The position numbers and the translations under genes are program-made. The notes under the pieces are model-generated. The model saw only the letters and a program-made list of their open reading frames with translations, did not search any database and had not been told where the DNA came from. Of a stretch of 64,000 bases of DNA, positions 58,548-64,000 are shown in pieces (position 1 is the first letter of the stretch; each line of letters opens with the position of its first letter). The stretch is taken from positions 2,769 through 66,768 of the forward strand of contig JAAYVD010000112.1 in assembly GCA_012517355.1 (NCBI GenBank). Reading direction: 5' to 3'. Origin of the DNA: Candidatus Rifleibacteriota bacterium (GTDB lineage Bacteria > Muiribacteriota > Ozemobacteria > Ozemobacterales > Ozemobacteraceae).

Positions 58548-59516
58548 TCAGGCCTGGAAGAAGCCTTCCAGGAAATGGACGACGGCGGCGACGTGGTTTC
58601 CGATCGCCGTCTCGTCGGACAGCACGATCCCGTCGAAGCCGGCCTGGGCGACGTCATACAGGTGGACGATCTCGCTGCGCGAGGGGAGCGGCGCCCGCAC
58701 CATCGACCCCAGCACCTCGCCGGCCAGGAGCTTCGGCCCACGCAGCCGCGGGAAGGCCGCCACGAATTCCGCCTGCAGCCGGCCCAGGTCGCGCAGCTCG
58801 GCCTCCGCCCCCAGGTCGCCGCGACAGAGCCAGAGTTCGTCGAAGGCGGCATCGAGGGCGGGCAGGGCGGCGAGCGCGGCCGGCCGTTCGACCTTGGCGA
58901 TCAGCCGCCGGCCCGCGGTCAGGGGCCGGAACAGGGCCGCTTCGCGGCCGTCCTGGACGAAGGAGACGGCGAACTCCACGCCGGGGAAGGCCATTCCCGC
59001 GGCGATGGCGGCCGCGTCGCGGGCGGTGACGCGCGGCAGCTCGTAGGCCCGGTGCGGGCAGTTCAGCCCCTTCCCCGGCCCCAGCGGCCCGGTCACCAGG
59101 CAGTCGGCCAGCAGGCGGTCGGGGCCGGGCCGGGCGGTCACCCGCAGCACCACCCGCCGGTCGTTGAGATGCAGTTCGTCGCCGACCCCGGTCAGGGCGA
59201 ACACCGCCTCGTGCGGCACGGGGATGACCGCGGGGTCGCGGGAAGCCGCCGCCAGGCGCAGTTCGACGCGGGCGGGCACCGCCTCCACGACCGGGCAGTC
59301 GCCGACGCGCACCTTGGCGCCCTGCAGGTCGAGCACGACCGGCAGCGGCCGGCCGAGCTCGCGGCTGAGGTCTGCCACCTGGCCCAGGTGGCCGGTGATC
59401 TGGTCGGGGGTCAGGTGCGAAGCATTGAGCCGGAACCGGGTGGCGACGCGCGCCATCTCCCGGATGGTCTCCCGGCCCGCCGAGGCCGGTCCGATGGTCA
59501 GGACGAAATCCCGCAT
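58548..59516 (-). CDS. pyk: Pyruvate kinase-like protein (barrel plus B domain only)
   Basis: TIGPAS, FRLNASH, LDLQGAK, KGLN, SFV, IAKVE, RGDLGAE, DGIVLSDETAIG; 322 aa. Confidence 0.85.
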   Translation of the reverse strand: MRDFVLTIGPASAGRETIREMARVATRFRLNASHLTPDQITGHLGQVADLSRELGRPLPVVLDLQGAKVRVGDCPVVEAVPARVELRLAAASRDPAVIPVPHEAVFALTGVGDELHLNDRRVVLRVTARPGPDRLLADCLVTGPLGPGKGLNCPHRAYELPRVTARDAAAIAAGMAFPGVEFAVSFVQDGREAALFRPLTAGRRLIAKVERPAALAALPALDAAFDELWLCRGDLGAEAELRDLGRLQAEFVAAFPRLRGPKLLAGEVLGSMVRAPLPSRSEIVHLYDVAQAGFDGIVLSDETAIGNHVAAVVHFLEGFFQA

Positions 59517-59559
59517 GTGCGACTCCTTGGCCGGGGGCAGGCCGCCCCCGGGCGGTCGG

Positions 59560-59970
59560 TCAGGTGGCCCAGATCAGGCGGACGGCGGCCGCGCCCAGGG
59601 CGAAGAGGAAGCCGCCCGTGAACCCGTCGAGCCGGAGGGTGGGCTGGCCCTTCTCCAGGCGCCATTTTCCCATCCGGTCCAGGACCAGTCCGGCGATGGT
59701 GGGCGCCAGCAGCAGGTTGACGAGCCGGAGGTCAGGGGTCCGGAAGACCGCGATGGGAAAGAGCGAAAGGCTGGCCAGGCCGGCAACCAGGCCCATGCCC
59801 AGCCAGGGAAGGGCGGGGGCGCGCGGCACCTGTGCCTCCAGCCACTGCATGGGTCGCAGGAACCCGTGGGCCACGATTTCGGCCAGGACGGGGACGAGGA
59901 TCGTGAACAGCAGTTCCCCGAACAGGTCCAGCAGGATCTCGGCCAGGAATCCGACCACCGCTTCGAGCAC
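59560..59970 (-). CDS. Small hypothetical membrane protein
   Basis: VLEAVVGFLAEILLDLFGELL..., several TM; GGGGAG before GTG. Confidence 0.75.
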   Translation of the reverse strand: MLEAVVGFLAEILLDLFGELLFTILVPVLAEIVAHGFLRPMQWLEAQVPRAPALPWLGMGLVAGLASLSLFPIAVFRTPDLRLVNLLLAPTIAGLVLDRMGKWRLEKGQPTLRLDGFTGGFLFALGAAAVRLIWAT

Positions 59971-60051
59971 GCGTACCACTCCCCGGAAGGGTGGCCGGCG
60001 CCAGCGGCACCGGCCGCCCCCGCCGCCGTCCCTCCCCGTTGTCATGGGGAG

Positions 60052-60136
60052 GGCCCCTTTGCCGTGCACGAAACAGGCGTTTCGCGCCGCCATCCGTGGC
60101 GGCAAAGGGGGGCCCTTCCGGCATCGCGTCGTTCGG
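60052..60136 (+). repeat. Well-conserved 81-bp repeat copy (intergenic)
   Basis: ggcccctttgccgtgcacgaaacaggcgtttcgcgccgccatccgtggcggcaaaggggggcccttccggcatcgcgtcgttcgg. Confidence 0.92.
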
Positions 60137-60676
60137 GACCTCTGCGAGGTCGGGAACCATCCGGACCTCGTTCCGCGACCGGCGCCATAAGCCACCAGGT
60201 TCCTGGGAGACACCGGGCGGTATCCCCACAGCGGGAGCGACCACATGATACCCCATTCCGGGGCCTCGTACAAGGGCCACCCGGCAATTCTCCCCAAGGG
60301 AACTGGAGCGGCTTTCCCGTTTGCTTCGGTCTGCCCTTCTGATGGGGACCGAGTCTGACGAACCCGCCATCCATCAGGAAAACCACGGATTCCTGAGCGG
60401 GAAAGGCCGAATGCCACCCGGCCGGATTGCGCCCGTCCGCCACGGATGCTAGACTCCCCGGCAGGGTGGCCGGACGGCTGCCCGACCAGGAGGACCCGTG
60501 TGATGCCCTTCCTGACCGACCGACCGTCTCTCCTCCGGCTCCGGTGGTGGCGACGAGTGCTGTTGCTGTTGTCGGGCCTGGCCGCCCTGGCCGCCTGTCC
60601 ACCGCGCCTTCCCGCCGCCTCCCCGGCCTCCGCGCCGGCGGGCGCGGCTTCCCCGACCCCCACCCTGGAGGAACCC

Positions 60677-61264
60677 ATGTCGTTCATCATGGTCGATATC
60701 GAATCCGACGGACCCATCCCGGGGGACTACTCGATGATCTCCCTGGGCGCCGTCCTGGTGGACGCGAACCTGGACAAGACCTTCACCACGCGCTTCCGGC
60801 CGATCTCCGACCGGTGGGTCCCCGAAGCGCTGGCCATCTCCGGGTTCAGCCGCGAGGCGACGCTCGCCTTCCCCGACCCCCGGGGGGAGATGGAACGGTT
60901 CGCCGCCTGGATCAGGTCGGTCTGTCCGGGGAAACCGGTGTTCGTCTCGGACAACAACGGCTACGACTGGCAGTTCGTCAACTGGTACTTCCATCATTTT
61001 CTTGGTGACAACCCGTTCGGCTACTCGTCGCAGAACATGGGTTCCTTGTACAAAGGCATGGTCAAGGACATGGGCCGGAACTTCAAGCACCTGCGAAAGA
61101 CGGTCCACACGCACGACCCCCTCGACGACGCACGGGGCAACGCCGAAGCCCTGCTGCACATGATCCGGGAGATGGGCCTGGTCGTGCCGGGATGGCCTTC
61201 GAGCCCGGAGCCCACACCAGCGCCTGGGCCAGGGCTCGAGCCCCGGCCCAGGTCCGGCCCCTGA
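60677..61264 (+). CDS. DEDDh 3'-5' exonuclease (RNase AS/Rv2179c-like); alternative upstream start at 60503
   Basis: MVDIESDG, NNGYDW, HDPLDDA; GGAGGA RBS. Confidence 0.88.
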   Translation: MSFIMVDIESDGPIPGDYSMISLGAVLVDANLDKTFTTRFRPISDRWVPEALAISGFSREATLAFPDPRGEMERFAAWIRSVCPGKPVFVSDNNGYDWQFVNWYFHHFLGDNPFGYSSQNMGSLYKGMVKDMGRNFKHLRKTVHTHDPLDDARGNAEALLHMIREMGLVVPGWPSSPEPTPAPGPGLEPRPRSGP

Positions 61265-61387
61265 ACGACCGGTGCGAGGAGGAATGCCCGTCACTCCCAG
61301 GCGCCGCCCGGCCCCTGCCATCGATGGGTTTTTCCGTGGAGCGAGGGCGGACGGTTTTCCACAGCGGATGTTCGAGCCAATGTCCGT

Positions 61388-61469
61388 GCCATGGATGAAC
61401 GCTGATGAATGCTGATCCCCAGGCGCCGCCATCCGCCGCGATGGGCGTCGATCGGCGTTGATCCGCGGC
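61388..61469. repeat. Imperfect inverted repeat built from 10-bp units
   Basis: gccatggatgaacgctgatgaatgctgat versus reverse complement of atgggcgtcgatcggcgttgatccgcggc. Confidence 0.5.
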
Positions 61470-61587
61470 GGCCCCTCTCCGGTCTGGTGTCTCCCATGCC
61501 AAGACATACTCCCCACCTCGAAAGTGCGGGCGGCGGACGGGCGGATCCGGTAGAATGGGTTCGGGATTCCGGAAGGGGAGTGAGCGG

Positions 61588-63363
61588 ATGAAATCCTGGT
61601 GGCGACAACACCAATGGGATGTCATCATCGTCCTGGGCCTGGCCGCCTTCCTGCTCGGGCTGGCCGGTTTCGCCCAGGCGGGACGCGGATATCCCTGGCT
61701 CGATTGCGCCTACCTGTCGATCCAGTTGTTCGTCCTGCAGTCCGGCGCCGAAGTGGTCAGCCCGCCCTGGATGCTCGAGGTCGCCCGTTTCGTCGCCCCC
61801 CTGACCTTGAGCTACGCGGCGGTGATGGGGTTCCTGTTCTTCCTGCGTGATCACCTGCGGGTCTGGACCATGCGCTGGCTGCGCGGCCATGCCCTCATCG
61901 CAGGCAGCGGCCCGGCGGCGCTCACCCTGGCCCGCCAGTTCCGCCGGCAGGGGCTGAAGGTCATCCTGGTGGGCGGGGCGGAAGGAGACCAGGCGATGGC
62001 TGAGGCCAACGCCCACGGGATCCCGGTGCTTCCCGGCGACCCCGGCGACCGCCACCTGCTGCGGGACGCCCGAATCGACCAGGCCGCCTGGCTCGTCTGC
62101 CTGACCGGGGACGACGGCTCCAACCTGCATGTGGCGATGAGCGCCTACGAGCTGACCCGGCGCCGGCCGCCGGGGGACGACGCCCTGCGCTGCCGCCTGG
62201 AACTGCACGACGACCGCCTCCGCGACCTGTTCGTGCGGCATCCCGTCTTCTCCAAAGAATCCGACCGCTTCGAGGCCGAGGTGTTCAGCCGGTACGAGAT
62301 GGCGGCGCGCGACCTGTTCGACCGCTTCCCCCTCGAAACCGACGACGGGGGCCGCCTCTTCCCCGCCGCCCACCTGGCCATCATGGGCTTCGGCAAGCTC
62401 GGACGGGCGCTGCTCATGCAGAGCGCCCTGATCGGGCACCTGGCCTCCCGCCGGCCGCTCCGCCTCACGGTGTTCGACCGCGGCGCGGCCAATTGGGAGC
62501 GGCGGCTGCGGCAGCGCTACCCCGGCCTGTGGGAGTGCTGCGACCTCACCTTCGTCGAGGGCGACCTGGAAGACCCCACCTTCAGTGAGGGAACCTGGCT
62601 CGGCGCCCCCGCCGTGGGCCCGGAGATGCTGACCCTCGCCGTCTGCCTGGAAGACGCCGTGCTGGGGCTGTCGCGCCTGCTCGATCTCCTGGAAGGGCTG
62701 GGCGACCGCCCCGGCCGCCTCCTGCTGCGCCTGCGCGACGGCGAGGGGCTGGCCGAGCTGCTCCGCGGCTGCCCCGGGCGGCCCGGCGGCCGCCCGCTGC
62801 ACCCCTTCGCGGTCACCACCGAACTCTTCTCCTGGGACAACGTGGTCCGCTCCCGCCTCGACTCCCTCGCCCGCATCATCCACGACGAGTACCGGCGCCG
62901 ACGGCTGGCCGACGGCGACTCCGAGACGACCAACCCCTCCCTCGTCAGCTGGTCGCGGCTGCCGGAGGACCTGCGGGTCTCCAACCGCCGCCAGGCCGAC
63001 CACATCCCGGTCAAGCTGCGGGCCCTGGGGCTGACCTGCCGCCCCGCGCCCGAACGCCCACCGGACCGCGGGACCCCGGCCCCCGGCGCGACCACCCCCC
63101 TCCCGCGCTTGTTCACCTTCACCCCGGAACAGGTCGAGATCCTCAGCCACCTCGAACACCGCCGCTGGAACGCCGACCGCTTCCTGAGCGGCTGGCGGCG
63201 GGGGCCCGCCGACAAGCCGCGCCGCGTCAGCCCCTGGCTCGTCCCCTACGAGGAGCTGCCCGAGGAGATCAAGGAATACGACCGCGAGGCGGTCCGCCAG
63301 ATCCCGACCCTGCTGGCAGCCGCCGGGCTCGAGATCGTCCCTCTGGCCCCCGCCACCGACTGA
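61588..63363 (+). CDS. Membrane protein with two TrkA-N/RCK-like Rossmann domains and a C-terminal RyR-type domain
   Basis: N-terminal TMs; HALIAGSG..GDPGD..DDGSNL; IMGFGKLG; W..LPEDLRVSN..ADHIPVKL; LEHRRW..GW..SPWLVPYEELPEEIKEYD. Confidence 0.85.
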   Translation: MKSWWRQHQWDVIIVLGLAAFLLGLAGFAQAGRGYPWLDCAYLSIQLFVLQSGAEVVSPPWMLEVARFVAPLTLSYAAVMGFLFFLRDHLRVWTMRWLRGHALIAGSGPAALTLARQFRRQGLKVILVGGAEGDQAMAEANAHGIPVLPGDPGDRHLLRDARIDQAAWLVCLTGDDGSNLHVAMSAYELTRRRPPGDDALRCRLELHDDRLRDLFVRHPVFSKESDRFEAEVFSRYEMAARDLFDRFPLETDDGGRLFPAAHLAIMGFGKLGRALLMQSALIGHLASRRPLRLTVFDRGAANWERRLRQRYPGLWECCDLTFVEGDLEDPTFSEGTWLGAPAVGPEMLTLAVCLEDAVLGLSRLLDLLEGLGDRPGRLLLRLRDGEGLAELLRGCPGRPGGRPLHPFAVTTELFSWDNVVRSRLDSLARIIHDEYRRRRLADGDSETTNPSLVSWSRLPEDLRVSNRRQADHIPVKLRALGLTCRPAPERPPDRGTPAPGATTPLPRLFTFTPEQVEILSHLEHRRWNADRFLSGWRRGPADKPRRVSPWLVPYEELPEEIKEYDREAVRQIPTLLAAAGLEIVPLAPATD

Positions 63364-64000
63364 CCGGGAGGTCCCATGGCCGGTTCCCCCCCGCCCCGGC
63401 CGCCCGGACTTTCCCGGGGGCCCACGTCAAACGGGCCGACCCCCTCGCCGGAATTCCCGCTCAGCGATCCGAAGCTTTTCCGACGAACAGGGATTGCCGC
63501 AGGCCTCGACCCCATCGACAAGTCAGCCCGAAGCAGCCCGGAGAACCACTTCAGCGCCCATGGTGGGAATTGGTGCCCGCATCGGGCCGATCACCCCGTC
63601 CGGCCGGGTCGACACGACCCAGGTCTTCGCCTCACTGGCCCTGGCCCCGGGGATCGACGACTTCCGGTGCGGGAACGTCGGGCGGGAGCCGCTCGCCAAG
63701 GGCTGCGGCACCTTCCCGCGGTATCGCCTGCCGCGGGCCGCCGGCGCGCGGGAGCTTCCCGGAACGCGGGCCGCCCCTCCAGCCCTCACGCCTGGAAGGC
63801 AGGGGGCGACCGCCGGGAAGGATCTCTCACTTTGTCCCCGGGGGTCCTGTGTCGCCCGACACCCTGGCATTCCGCCTGACGGCCATGGGTTGGGCCTGAA
63901 GGCCATGGGTTGGTTTTCCCCTGCCATCCCGAGATGCCGGTCGACAGGCCGGAGTCTCTCTCTTCCAGCCCATCCCCCTGACCTCGATCTTGTCTGTCGG

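Noticed and set aside
63376-64000. ORFs at the right edge, including a + frame open from ATG 63558
   Set aside because: No RBS or recognisable family; coding bias fades; possibly a remnant but cannot be supported

Overview
A 64-kb, very GC-rich chromosomal window from a diderm bacterium; the gene style resembles Candidatus Riflebacteria/Ozemobacter, but that is inference only. Housekeeping genes (topA, trmFO, an EF-G paralogue, monomeric icd, glmS, mutS2, a divergent pyk) are mixed with envelope and signalling genes. No rRNA, tRNA, CRISPR array, integrase or transposase was seen. Three things stand out. (1) A tightly coupled six-gene signalling operon at 30857-44448 encodes a STAS protein, a cNMP-domain/CpaE-MinD ATPase fusion, an ODP-like di-iron MBL protein, a PP2C phosphatase, a duplicated-domain exported TPR protein and a giant cyclase. 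(2) That cyclase is a single-chain (TM-HAMP-cyclase)x2 protein whose two catalytic domains carry complementary halves of the class III active site, as in mammalian C1/C2. (3) An 81-bp multi-hairpin repeat, stop-free in all six frames in its best copy, occurs about a dozen times, both between genes and in-frame inside coding sequences in different frames and orientations. All calls come from reading motifs by eye; no searches were run, and several start codons are estimates.
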